From Oikopleura dioica (lineage: Eukaryota; Animalia; Chordata), in contig OU015569.1 of NCBI GenBank assembly GCA_907165135.1, forward strand, positions 11,160,001 through 11,224,000: a DNA stretch of 64,000 nt, written 5' to 3'. Both the position numbers and the translations under genes were made by a program. The notes under the pieces are model-generated. The model was not told where the DNA came from. It did no database searches and saw only the letters and a list, made by a program, of their open reading frames with translations. Shown piece after piece: positions 21,706 to 34,772 of this stretch (its first letter is position 1; each line of letters begins with the position of its first letter).

Positions 21706-23890
21706 TTAAAATCCGTTTCCTAGAGCATCAATAGTTTCCATGTTGTTTTCCCATTTCATGTTTTTGATGAAGTTGTCGATGAAGTCCAGTCTGCTCAATT
21801 GGTCATGCGCCGAGAGCTCGAAAAAGTAACTCGCGTATCTGGCGCCGCAAGAATGTCGCCAGACTCAATCATTTCGTCGACGTGTCTTTCCATCGCGTCG
21901 GTAAACCGCTCCTTCACCCAATCCAGCACTTCTGCGAGCGTTGGCCGTCCTTTGTTCTCGAACTCGGGGTGGTGCTCGGAGAAGTTCACTCCTGCGTTCA
22001 GCTTTTTCTGCAGCAAGTCGCACTTGTTCAGCACCACGATTGGCCTGATTCATCAATTGACAGGTGGTTAATGGGGAACAGTACCTGAAAGACCTGCGAA
22101 TCCTGCCGCCAAATTTGGGCAAGCCAAAGATCCGAATCGTCTGGTAAAACAACGACGCAGCGTAAAAGAGCTTATTCAACCCGTCGCGGCGTTTTTCGTC
22201 AAACTCATCAACTTGAAGCCACAAGTTTTGTCAAAGCCGCTTTCAACAAAATTACCTGCGATGACAAACATGATCTGACCCGTGTTTTTCAAATACTGCA
22301 GCCAGCGTGCTCGCTCGCATAAGCTCCCATTTAAGGGACCTTGGCGAGCTAGCTGAGGCGCGACTTCATGAGCGCCTCATTCATTTTTGACTTCCGATAT
22401 TTTGAAAATTCTCTCTGCAAACATAATCTACAGACACTCCTCTTTCTATTCTTGTTTTTAGTTTTTGTCTATCATTTGTAATTCAGGCGCTATGGTCGAA
22501 AAGAGAAGTTCATCTTCAAAAGATTCAGCACTTTCATTTTTCAAGATATGAAATTATAATTACATTCACCGGAAAGCCCAGAAAATTCTGTACAAAAGTT
22601 ACCTAATGGGGTTTTATGAAAATCATTGATGTAGTGGTAAGAATCTGTAATCCATAGTAATTAGCGCGCGCTTCGCGGAAATCAAGCGCAAACAAGCCAA
22701 AATAATGCCTCGCGGAGCGCGAACGCCCGCTGTGGAACCGATCCACTCCGGAAAAACTCACCTTGCACTCGGCAGGTTATTGTTATCATAACCCCATTAG
22801 GTAACTTTTGTACAGAATTTGGGCTTTCCGGTGAATGTCATTATAATTTTATATCTTGAAAAATGAAAGTGCTGAATCCTTTTGAAGATGAACTTCTCTT
22901 TTCGACCATAGCGCCTGAATTACAAATGATAGAAAAACTAAAAGCAAGAATAGAAAGAGGAGTGTCTGTAGATTTTGTTTGCAAAAAGAATTTTGAAAAT
23001 AGCTCATGTCAAAAATCAATGAAGCGCTCCTGAAGTCGCGCTTCAGCCAGCTCGCCAAGGTCCCTTAACCGAGTCCGAAATCGATTCCTTTTCAATTTTT
23101 CCCATGAAAATAAAAAATAGGTCCCATTATGGGAACTAAGAAAAAGTGACCATATCTCTCAATTCATGGAAATTTACGATGGGAAAAATTCCCATATTTT
23201 TCTTCTTAGAAAAATTTCAGGAATGAGATAAAATATCTTTTGGACTCTGCCTCCAACATCTGTAATCAAAGTAGCAGCAGTATCTTCAAGATTGATTTTG
23301 AAGGTCTCTCCACCGACTGTTGGGGAATAGATCTTCAGCAAATCTTTCTAGGGCTAAAAGAAAATAACAAGAACATTCAATTTCAATGTTGAAGTAGCCC
23401 GTTTCTTCAGTCGTCGGATAAAAACTGTCGGAAATGATCCGTTGATACTGCGCTAGAAAAACTTTTCAAAGTATTTGTGCTCTTCGTCCATTTCTTGAAT
23501 GGTGAACCACAGCGATTGGGAAGTCATGAAGGGTAAACTCTTCTCCAAGACGGTTTCGATGTTGTCTCGATTTCTCGGCTGGGTCAAGTTCTTGGCGGCG
23601 CTGATGACAAACTGGGCTGAAAACGAGTCGCTGGAATTGATTCGGTTCACTTCGAGGTTTTTCTTTGCTATATTTTCTTTCGCAAGCTTTTTACTGTCGC
23701 TATAAATGATCATTACTCGCTTGGCAGCTTGTTCCTATGAGTCCAAAAGATATTTTCGAATTTCATTTGTGCCTCTTCTGGCTTCGTTTTTGTCCGGCCA
23801 GTCGGAGTCAAAATTGCTCTTGATTATTTTCATTACAGTAGATTTGCCAGCGAATTCCGTTCCAAGAAGAATTGTGGAAGAGCTTTCCAG
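21706..23890 (-). CDS. Divergent heterotrimeric G-protein alpha-like gene (possibly disrupted)
   Basis: LLGTEFAGKSTVMK (G1), FYPTT..DLLKIYSPTVG (G2), ITDVGG (G3), CERARWLQYLKNTGQIMFVIAVDEFD, IVVLNKCDLL (G4), FFELSAHD (G5-like). The G5 segment needs a +1 T in a T-run at ~21820. The start codon and the splice after DVGG are unresolved. Confidence 0.7.
22335..23064. mobile_element. 730 bp foldback MITE with ~285 bp TIRs and TTAA TSD (Kolobok-like)
   Basis: TTAA|GGGACCTTGGCGAGC...GCTCGCCAAGGTCCC|TTAA. Arms ~22335-22618 and ~22782-23064 are reverse complements around a GC-rich spacer. Confidence 0.9.
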
Positions 23891-24307
23891 ACAAAAAACA
23901 TTTTTTAATAAAATTTAAGAATTAGGCTCAAATTAATCGAAATATCGGTTTTTAATTGTCACAGTCGGATTCAGCATGTCCGATTACCCAAGAAACCGAG
24001 TTTTGACCAAGAAAATCGATGAAAAAAATTTTGAGGAAAAAGACCATAAGAGCAAAATCTGCTCTTCGAGTTGGGTCTCAATTAATGGCTCGGGAGGTCA
24101 GGAGCAAGGTGTTGCTCTAGCCAATGCATGAGCTGCAAATGTAGACGTTGCTGCAGGTAGTCATCAAGTCTGGGCAGATGTTCTGCCTGCAGCGGCAGTG
24201 GTAACACAGCCTTCGAAATGATTATCGAATTTTTGCCGCTCTCGAACGGAGAGCTATTTTCACTAAACCTCTTCTTGTCTACTAGACAGGCTCTGTTGTG
24301 GCTGGAG

Positions 24308-24729
24308 CTAGGGTCGGCACCAACCACTATTTTCCCAGGTCGGGTTGGTCGGTCTCCCAGAAATTGGGCGAAATCCGTGGTCGCTTTGGTGCGTCGGGTC
24401 GCCTTACTTTTTGGTCGGTCGGTGGTCGGTTTTTGGTCGGGTCGGGTTGTCTTTAAGACAATAAAAAATCATTTTTTTTTCAATTTGGGAGCGCTCGAGG
24501 CATTTTATTGAGGCAGTTGAACGTAGGTTTCCGACCAAAAACCGACCAATCAGACCAAAAAACACTCACCGACCGACCAAAACTGACCTAAAACCGACCA
24601 TCGTCCGACCAAATCCGACCAGCGACCAAATTAAGAAGAAAAATCTTAGGCTGGGTTGGTCGGAACTCTAATCAACCCGACCGAACCCGACCAGGTCGGG
24701 TTTTGGTCGGTGGTCGGTGCCGACCCTAG
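24308..24729. mobile_element. 422 bp MITE with (ACCGA/GGTCG)n subterminal repeats and 8-bp TSD
   Basis: CTAGGGTCGGCACC...GGTGCCGACCCTAG; flanks GGCTGGAG / GTCTGGAG (7/8 match). The TIR start resembles CTGGGCTCGGCAACC of the other family. Confidence 0.8.
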
Positions 24730-25469
24730 GTCTGGAGACAGCCTCAGTTCAGGCGATCCCAAGTGCTAGTAGAATAAGAAACAAGCTTTGTATTTTTCCT
24801 CATTCTATCAATTTCAAGCCCGAATAACCGATTGGAGATTGTTTTTGTCTGGAAGCTCTCATTATATGATTTATCGTCGGCAGTTCCGTTTCTGTCTTGA
24901 TAAATTCTCGCAAAGCGGATCGAACAGCTTCTCTTCAAAGAACAGCTCAATCATTCACGGCCTTATTTTTGGCTACCTGTTCATAAACTGAGAAGTGTTC
25001 GGAAAACAGGGGCAGAACGTCGATCGCAAAGTTCTCTCGGTTTCTTAGCGCTAGTTTTCAATTTTTTCATCATTTTTAGAGAAATTTTTTGTTAAATTAT
25101 TTTGTTAAAAACTGTTTCTTCCTCGAACTCGATCATTCTGACTGAGCACGGGCAGCGTTTTTGACGGGTTTAAAAGCATGTTTGAAGGAGAATAAAAAAA
25201 CGACTTAAAGTTTTTTTGAAAGGAAGAATAAAGGATCATCGATCAGAAAATGCACATTTTAATTGACTCCGAATCAAAAATGCAAATTAACGAATTTTTC
25301 GCTGCTTTTGTTTTTGACTTTATTGATACTTTGAGGACTCAATTGTATTTCGTTGCAAACAAAAAACAACATCGAAGTTTATTTCTTAAAATGTTTATTC
25401 CGATTGGAAACTACTGGTAATTAAAGGCAGTTTATTGATAAAATTGGCACTAATCAAGTTAGGTTCTCA

Positions 25470-27330
25470 ATGTTGCGGATGGCGATTAGGGTATTCGACT
25501 TCGCCAGTGATCGGATTGTAACGCCCGGATCCTCCTTGCAAGTATTTGAATGGTCTCTTATGAAATGGAGGAAGGTAAACTTTCGGAATTGCCCTAGTTC
25601 GTCCGGTTTTACTGAAGAATACATTTTGAATTTTAAGATTCAACATCGTTGCTACCTTATGCTTTCACTAATGGCCAAAGAAGACTGAGCCCATCTCGTT
25701 GAACAAAAAGAAGTACTTCCCGAATGAATCTTATATGTTTAGTGACTGTGGCTGGGTTGGGGTTAGGGTTACCGTTTCATTGTCGCTATTGTTAACTTCT
25801 CGGCGAGGATTTGTAAAAAATGGCAAAACTTCTGCTTCCCAGGCTGAATTCCCATACTGGAAAGCTTCATCTGGCTCAATGACCTCTGTTTCTCTTTTCA
25901 GAAGATCTTGGTCATCTTCTATTGATTGGTTCTGGCAGACTGCTTCTTCAAAATTATCGAGTTCAAGCTGAATATATTTGCAAGTAGAGCTAGTCAATAT
26001 GAAAATAACTTACCTTTGGAGCAATCGAATTGGTAGAAGAAAGATTTTCCTTCCTAATGTCTTTTACCTCCATTTCTAGCCTTCTGAAGTCCTTCTCCAT
26101 TTCATTTTTCAATACTTCCTCTTGTGAAACGGCACCACTTACTTTCTTCTGTTTAATCGGCGTTTCTTCTTTTTTCTTTTTTGTCTTTTTCTTTTCCACT
26201 GTGACCCACTCAGCATCATCATCAGAATAATCGAGCTCAAGCTAAAATACCAAGTATTTACGGAGATGAATAAATTGAAAAGAGTACCTGAGAAGCAGGA
26301 GCATCGGAATATGAAGAATCCTTCTCTCGATTCTTCTTTTGTAACTGACTCTTTTCAATAATCGGTTTTTCTTGTTTCTTGTTTTTCTGGTCGACTTTTT
26401 TCGCGGGCTGCTTCTTCTGTGTTTTCTTTGATTTTTGAATTGCGAGTTCTAACTTTGTTTTTGCTTTTCGATCTTCGTCTTCGACCCATTCCGGGATTTT
26501 GTATTCTTTATTACGATAATATAAAACTGGGAAAAGAAATCTTGGGTCTTGGGCTGCCTCGAGATCATTAACAGCATCGAATTTAATTGCTGGCACTAAA
26601 TTTGGGGAATTTCTAAAAAAGAGGCGGCAGAAAAATTTTACCATTTTTATTTTTTGAAATCAACAAGGTGCAGTTCTCGTATGGCTTTTTTGGAAGGAGA
26701 AGATAACTGTCTCTGTTAAACATTAAGGCGTCGTCTCCAGGATCGTCGCATATTTTCGCAAACAATTCCACTAATTTCTTCAATTTTGTTCGTTTTGTCA
26801 AAAGAATTGCTTCGTAGCCGTCCAAGTCCAAAAGTGGGTAGTCGACCAATTGTTCCAGAAAAGACCCGATTTGGGGTTGAGAATCATCCATTCCCGGTAT
26901 TTGAATTCCGAAGTTATATCTGCCCTCGCTCACTTTTCCAAGATCCCTTTGCGACGTTTCCATCATCGAAATGATGTCAACTTTTCGCAGCATTTCTTGC
27001 TCGATTCGATACCGCGGATTGTCTTCGTCTATTGGAGGTCTTCTGATTCTCTTGTTTTTCAAAAAAAATGATCGCCATGGAGGGCTCATTTCAGAGCTTC
27101 GTATGCAATTAAAAGTTGGAGCTCAGCTGGGCGAAATCTCAAAGATAGTAATTTTTTCTCGTGACTCAACGTATGAGTCATGCATACTGAGGGTCTTTGG
27201 CAGGAAAGCCAGCTTTTAATGCCCAAGAAGTTTTTGGCATTTTGGTCAATTTTCTTTCGATAGCAATTGAAAAGTCAGTAAAATTCGGATTTTCTTGGGA
27301 GTTATCAAAACCGGTACTATTCTTGAGCTC
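25470..27330 (-). CDS. Multi-exon Lys/Glu-rich protein of unknown function
   Basis: Chain of minus-strand ORFs (26613-27089, 26258-26644, 25990-26199, 25731-25997) with protein-like composition and separated by short GT-AG gaps. No family recognised; ends approximate. Confidence 0.45.
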
Positions 27331-29019
27331 CTTGTTCACAGTCTATCTCGCTAAAATCTGATTTTTCTCGAAGAAAAGGATCAGCAATATAAGCTCGAAA
27401 ATCTCAATTTCCAATTATTCTAAAATATCTCAAATTCGAAAAATTTTCGAAAAGCAAGAAAATGCAACTTTCCAAGATCCAAGATCTTCCTTGGCTGGTA
27501 AAGAGGAAAATCAAAGCTGCAAGAACTCGAGTCCGAAATTTCGGAATCCGAACTCTTTCTGCGACGGAGAATTTCACTAATCAGAAGAAACAGCAAATTC
27601 ACGACAAACTCAGAAAGATGACAAAACTGATCCCTCTTCTCAAGAAATAAAATCTCTTCCTGAATGGAATCTTTTCGAAATTGTCCCAGAAAATGAAGTT
27701 GCTTGGTGTTTTTGATGTTATTTTCGAGCTGGATGGGTGTCATTTTATTGATATGCAGGTTTAAGGTTTAATTTCATTGATTTAGCGATCGTCTTTTGAA
27801 TTATTAAAAGCTAATTCGCGGTGGCCGAGAAAAAAAACTAACTCTCTCAAGGCGCTACTCGCTCGTATCGTCAATAATTTCGTCACTACAAGCTGCTACT
27901 GAAGTATGATCTGTTCATGTTTTTCTCTGGCGCGGGATTCAACAATCACTCTGCTCGGAATTTACTTATGAATTGAATTCACCTTGTTGAATCCTCGAAG
28001 GACCCGAAAGAGAAAGCGCTTCCCACAATCAAAGTGAGTGGCCCTTTAAAAAATTTATTGGGACGGGGAGAGTTTCATTTTAGAGCAACGCATTCGCGAA
28101 TTTCTCCAGTCCTGACACGCAGACAGACAATAAGGACATAATGGACATGTCACTCATCAACTACGAGATGAAGAAGAGACCCCCGATCGAGAAAAATGTC
28201 GTTGTTTTTGAGTACGACAGAAGACGCTCGTTACAGAACAATCAACACAAATCAGTGTGCGGGGCTAATATTTTAGTTTAGGGGGCGCGCGCCGTCATAT
28301 CCGGGTTTTCATAGGTTTTCGTGTTGACACCCTTATTGAATAAAAAATATGCGTAGAGTTTTTCTAAAAAATAACATAGAGAAGCCCTTATTTTAAATCT
28401 TGAAGAGAAAAAAAACCCTAATCTTTACACGTTTATTTTTGAAGACCCTAAATTAAGTCTCATAAGTTTGACGATATTTGCTGACGAGCATTATAATTAG
28501 CCCCGACAATGTCCAAAGAACAGAAGAAGAAATCAACAAGGAAAAAGCAAATACACCAAGTTCGTCCTCCTCCGAAAGCATTTCTTCTTGCAAGGAAGTT
28601 CTGCAGTTGTCGCCAACTCCCGAGATGAAAAGAAGAAAAGACATATCCCCGACGCCCTCATTTGAGACGTCCTTTCACGAAGCTATTCCCCGTCAAGTGC
28701 CAGCAACAAGCTATATTTCCAAACGCTCGAGCATAATTTCCCAAACGACAGAAGGTCAAAATAAACCCTTTTCTCCACGTCAATTGACGGGTTCTTTAAG
28801 AAATCGTATCTGCGAGCAATGCACCGCTAGCTCGTTCGGATACTACTAATTCGTTGCAGTTCTCGTCGCTGCCGCCTTCTGACAGCTTCAGAAATGTCAA
28901 ATCAAAACGGGACTCACTCTTGTCACAAAACAGCGTCTCTTCATTATTAGCTGGTTGTTACAGGAGCGGAGGATAAAATCAAGGCTTCAACTAGAAATTT
29001 CGATAAGTAGATTATCAAG

Positions 29020-29140
29020 ATTGTCAGCCTGTGAAGAAAGCCTGAGTCAGGGTTTTAAAGAGTTTTATCAAAAAAATTGTAAAATAGCTCTTTCAAACCC
29101 TGACTCAGTTTTTCTACAAAATTTGCCGACCTCAGACTGA
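29020..29140. mobile_element. Degenerate copy of the CTGGGC/CCTGAGTCAGGG MITE family
   Basis: CCTGAGTCAGGG ... CCCTGACTCAG inverted pair with decayed outer TIRs; no clean TSD. Confidence 0.55.
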
Positions 29141-30951
29141 CGATAAGACAATAAATGCCCTGCTATCGCAAATGTCTAGTCGACAATCTTTAGAAACGCC
29201 ACTCGTGGTCCTTGAAATTATCTTCCTGAAGCATCAGCAACGAGCTGGAATACTTGGAAGAAGATGAAATCAGAAAACACAGACGGGCGTCGCGAAAGTC
29301 CACCGGCAAAGTCAAGCAAATTCTTGTTAAAGAAGTGGAAAGGAAAGTCGGGGATTAAAAATTAATTAATTGATTTCTTGATCAATTTAGCGAGTCGACT
29401 ACTGAAATAATCTCAGAAGAGCGAAACGAAGTAAAGCTTTGTAAGCTTCAAGAAAATGACTTTTGCGATGACTTGTAATACAGCAACGGATAATAAACGA
29501 TACAGTAATGACTCGCCTTGCAAGCGCCTTTCATTTCATCCCTAATTCGATTAAATTGCCACTCTCTTTCAATTAATAATTCTGGATGAAAGCCACGAAC
29601 CCAATCGATCACTTAAAAAAAACTAATAAAACTATCCAAGCTATGCATTTTCTCGTTGTTGTTTTCGAAATATTCGGTACACCTACTGAACTACAGTATT
29701 GCCTATTTTCTGAGATTGATGAGTTTTGTTTTTGAATATTTTGTTCTGATGTTTCTAGAACATGGGCTAAGATGAGGTTATTTTGAAAACTGAATTTAGT
29801 TCGGTCCTCATCATCCTCAAGGTAACTTGTATTTAATAAGTGTTGGACGTATTCGTATTTAAAATTATGTACATTAAAGTAAGCGATACCATCATGCCAA
29901 AGAAAATTATCCAGAGGTTCATTTGTGCTGGTGGTGAAAAAGATGATTATCCAGAAGAAAACTCGGTCGCACAAGAATCTGTCTACCCTAGGTATGAAAA
30001 GCGGTTAATAATACTCTTTAATTTAATCCTAGTGCTCGTACCCCTCGGAGAAGATTATTTCCCCGAATCTTCTCGGCACGCCGAGAAAAAGAAGAAAAAA
30101 AACTGAAATCACCTGAAATTAGTCCTCGAAGTTTCAGTTCAACGATGACAATGGAGTCTTTAACTTTGTACCACGAATACAAAAACGAAGAAGAAAGAAA
30201 AGCGATGCTATGCGCGACAATTTTGGACGAGATTCTGACCAACGTGATGATGAAGACAAATCAACAAGGTAAAATCAATTTGTCTTTGTACTTTAAAAAT
30301 AACAGTCAGGGCGGCTAAAAGACGAAACATAAATCGCACTCTATAGCGCATTGTTGACTTGCATTGCGGACTTGCAATTCGCAATATCTTTTTTGCTGAT
30401 TTTTCGAAAAAAATCAAAGAAATTGCAAGTCCTGACTGTATACTTCATTTTGTTTAAAAACAAATCTGTTCTAGAAAAATAAAAATAGATATTTATTTTA
30501 GAAGAAGAAGCCAAAAAGACGATCTTTAGGAGAATTATCGACCGTGTGAAAGCATATCCTCCTCTTGGACTGTCAAAACAAGTACCAGAAGAAGAAGAAT
30601 GAGCATGAGTGACTCTATTGACAGATCATTTATTTTCAAATAATATATATTTAATAAATCAAATATTTCATATTGTCTAAGCTCTTTCTTTCAATTAATT
30701 ACTCTAGAAACTCCGAAAAACGTTTGATCAAAATTCAAGTAAAATCATCCAAGTTTACTTTTTCCCTTTATTCTAATTGGCACACTCGTCGGTACTGGCA
30801 AATCCAGTAAGCGGGGCATAAGTAAGCATGACGCCAAAAATCTGCGGGAAAGAACGAGGAGTCTTGCCCGGGGCACTCTCGCGCGGCTCTAGAAGAATAC
30901 CTTCTACTACTATTTTTAGCTAAAAATGGTCAAAATGAGGCCTTAGCAGTG

Positions 30952-33128
30952 ATGATTTATAAAAGAACTTTTTCTCTGCGAGCGATTTGCTCGTGGAGAA
31001 CTTTTTTTGAGCTGCTTTTTGTTATTTTCATCGTCGGAAAATGGAAAGGGTTGAAATCAGAGAACGAATGCGAAGAGCATCATGAGCGTCTTTTGAGCAA
31101 CGATGGGTTGACCTACGACGACGTAAAAGACATTGAAGCGAAAACAAAGTTTCTCTATTTTCAAAGCCTGACGGAACCTGAAGACCTCTGGTTCATCGAC
31201 AACTACCCAAAGGAAATCAACGGGGAGCCAATTCCAAAACAACTTCTCAAAGATGCGGGATTGCTGGCGATTTTCAAGGCGAAATTCAAGCTCATGTTGG
31301 AAGCGAAAATGGATATTCGGCGGCTGCGAGTTGAAAATCCTGATTATCACTTTGATCCGTATTTCTCGGCGATTCTGGCGCAAGAAAAAGAAGTGCGCAG
31401 TAGTTTCGTGTTTTTGACGAAAATGACGATCAACAAGTATCGAGCGAATAAAAAAGAGCTTCCCAGGTGGTCGGTGTTGATGCTAGGCCCGACCAACGAG
31501 CTGTACTCTTCCAAACGGCTCCGATTGCTGGAGAAACTTGACGAAAACGAGAACTACATGATTTGTGAAACGAAAAAAACTATTATCGATTACGCCAGAG
31601 TGAATAAAACTATCGTAGACATGTTAGGTATAAACGTCAGATTTTCCAAAGATAATTGACCTTCATTTTTAGAAAACGGAATCCCCGGTTGGTACATCAA
31701 AAACGATCGTTTACGTTCTTTAATGAATTCTCCTGTGGAAATTTGCGAGGGAGGATTCATCATTTCCACGTCTTTTTTGATCAGATTGGAGTCTTTGGGA
31801 CTGATGATAGCCCCCTTGGCGCACATTCTCGACAGAAAACTGGCAATGACTGGCTGGTGGTTTGAATCGAACGGGCTTTTCGATCCTCTCGCTTTCTGGA
31901 TCTTTAATTTGGCTAATTACGCCAGCATAAGTAACTTTGACGGCTACAGTTTGAAGATGGTCTCGTTCGAGGAATTGGAAGACGCCGAGAAATCCGACAA
32001 TTCCGTTCTTCCCGAGCACTTTGTTGAGCACGAGCATCTCAAAGATAATTTCATTCGTATGAAACCACTCGTCAAAGGTACACAATTCTTCAAAAACCTT
32101 TCTTTTAACAAAAAAGCAAGAACCGACATTCGCGTCCATTGTCGAGCTGCCCGAACACTTCATCAAAAACTCGCCCCAAAAGCCGCTCGATTTCCTGATA
32201 ACCCCGCCGAATGCTTGCTCTGAAAAAATACCGCTCTTGGCTTTGATAAAAACTTCCAACCCAGCTTCTCTCAATCGACATTGGGTTCGTGAAATGTTCA
32301 AAAGTCTGCTCCCGGAAAACCAGTATTACCTTTACTTTCTGATCGGATACGAGATTGAAGAAGTGGAAGTCTTTGAAGGTGGAAAGCCTTTTGGGTGGTC
32401 AGGGACGATGCTCCGAAGATATCATCCCAAATAGAGGTCAGTCTTAAATTTCCAATGATCAAAAAGCATCTCAAATTTAGCACGAGGCAAAAGAACACGG
32501 AGACATTATCCTGGCCGACTTCGCAGACACATACGACAACTTGCCGATCAAGACTCTTTCCGGCTACCAGTTTCTCAAAGACTACTGCAGCAAGAAATAC
32601 GATATCGTTTCTTTTACCGACGATGATACATTCCTCGACTTGCCGAACATCATCAAGTACGCGAAACAGAGCCTTTCGCCGAACGAAGCGCAATTTCGAT
32701 GCTTGAAGGGGAGCAAGATTGAAGCTTCTTCTGCTCCTTACTCGGGCAAGTACTTTGTCTTTCCAGACATTTGGCCGCCTTCGCACATTCCTCCCGCTTA
32801 CTGCAACGGTCAATGCAGCTTACTGACACGAGGAGCTGCTGAGAAAATCATAGAAACAGCGGAAAACACGGCCAGGCATGAATTTAGGCTTGAAGACTTT
32901 TACTTTGCTGGAATTTTGAGGCAAAAAGCGAAAATAACGGACATAAAAGGTGAAAAAAAAAGTGGAAAAAAGGACTTACGAGAAACCGATTCAGGAATAA
33001 CAGTGTATAAAGATGGAAAGGAACACGGCTTTTGCAAGCATCTGGGAGTCCCACTGACGAACGATACACTCACACCTCTTCTTCAACAATATCAAAATGG
33101 AACACTGCGAATACCCTCTGCCGCATAA
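30952..33128 (+). CDS. Type II membrane glycosyltransferase with C-terminal GT31 (beta-1,3-galactosyltransferase) domain and a long N-terminal lumenal region
   Basis: TM anchor FFELLFVIFIVG; HGDIILADFADTYDNLPIKT, FTDDDTF, PAYCNG, RLEDFYFAGILR are GT31 hallmarks. Exon joins are approximate. Confidence 0.75.
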
Positions 33129-33701
33129 TTCTGTAAAACACTAGAAATAAATATTCAAATAAATGATCTCCGGCGTTGATTGATCCTCAATTAATTAGCT
33201 CCATAGTTAATTTGAGTTAATTAAAAAGAAAATATGCGTGAAATCACGAGAAAAAACTAAAAGTTTAAGCTTATTAGTAATAATTAGTAATAACTCAAAT
33301 TCAAATTTTTGATCGAAAATTGCAGTACTCGTTGTTGTCTCCACAAAGCTTATCATACAGTATGATTCATACTTAGTAGTACTATCAACTTCCATCAGAG
33401 TATCCGACATCTGTCGAGAAAAGTTTGGACAAAACTGATGAGTAATGAAGCCTTGCAACCCAACTGACGAATCAGACCGATTTGTTCTTCATTTCGAGAT
33501 TTCCACTTTTTGTATTTCGAGAATTTACTTTTTCGCATCAGCAAATTTCAAAATTTTCTCCATTTGAAAAGACGCGTAGAAAATGACATCATTCTTTTTG
33601 TGAAATTCGGTTTTTATTTACTGTGAAATTGTGGTTTTCACTCTACTTTATTTTCCCCAGATCTTGTTTTTTTTTAATTTTAGAGAAAGAAATAGCCAAA
33701 A

Positions 33702-34421
33702 ATGCGTCTTCGCAGTAAAACGAGAGATTTGGCGAACGAAGTCGGCGAAAACCAAGAGATCCTGAAACGAGTCTTCGCCAAGTTGGAATTGACTGAACTA
33801 GTAAAGGTAACAAATGCAAATATGATTTTAGTCTTTTGTCTTAAACTGAATCGAACCGCTGTTACAATTATTTTTAGTGTTCATGGGTCTGCAAGACATG
33901 GAAGCGAGAGATCGAAGTGAACTTCAAACAAGTGGGCGAATACATTGCCAAGAGAGCGGAAATCGTCGGCTCATTTGGTGAGTTTGCCGCACTTAATGGA
34001 CTCGGTCATTACCGCGGTATCGACACCGGAGAAGTCCGAAATGTGCATCATCGAGCCGAACTGCTACGAGTACTTCGAGCAATGGAAGCTGGCTTCACGA
34101 AATTCAATTTGAAGGTATGGAAATTTTTCTCAAAAGTAATATTTATCGAAACCTTAGTTTTCCAACTTTGGTTACTTTGATATTCGGGAAAATGGATGGC
34201 GAATGCAATATCGTTTTTTCTGGCTTTTTGGTTCGTCAGTCATCTTGCGACTCACTTACAATGGAAATCCGGTTGAATTCGAAGCTGACGTGGACGCTCT
34301 TGCAGGCGAGGGGATTTGCAAGCGGGCGAAGAAGTTGCGACCGTATCGAAATGGAATAGTGCTCTTCGCTGTAAGCCCTAAGTCAATGTTTGTCCGTTGG
34401 AATATTACATTGAAAAAATAA
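33702..34421 (+). CDS. F-box protein
   Basis: EILKRVFAKLELTELVK|CSWVCKTWKR after removal of a GT-AG intron; third exon ends NITLKK*. Confidence 0.75.
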
Positions 34422-34772
34422 TCCTGCACATTTACTAAAAACTGAAATAAAAAAGCACTAAACTAGATCGCTTCTTTTGTTTTTTCTTTGCACGATAAAT
34501 TTATACCGGTACATTGAAAAGGCCAGAGCAAGTTAAGGATATATAATTTATATTAATTTATATTGTAAATTAGACGAGAATTAAATTGACGGTTGTAAGC
34601 GGTCATGTGGGTATTTATACCAACGTTCAGTGATTTCTCTGTCCGAATGCGGGTATAAATACCCATGTTCAATAAATGAAATTTTGTTTGAACGGTGGTA
34701 TATCAAACAACTTGCTCTAGAAACATAACGTATAACCTCAAAAAGACAAGTCCAGCATTAAGGGCGTAGGAC

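Noticed and set aside
23069-23088. GAGTCCGAAATCGATT resembling part of the Oikopleura spliced leader as I recall it
   Set aside because: Only a partial, mismatched match with no donor site or Sm-site context.
23236-23756. 18-bp exact inverted match (GAGTCCAAAAGATATTTT) within the G-alpha-like gene
   Set aside because: AT-rich, no extension and no TSD; plausible by chance.
27790-30420. Several coding-like fragments (28478-28849 plus; hydrophobic 29609-30417 minus)
   Set aside because: Probably real small genes, but no coherent model or family could be supported.
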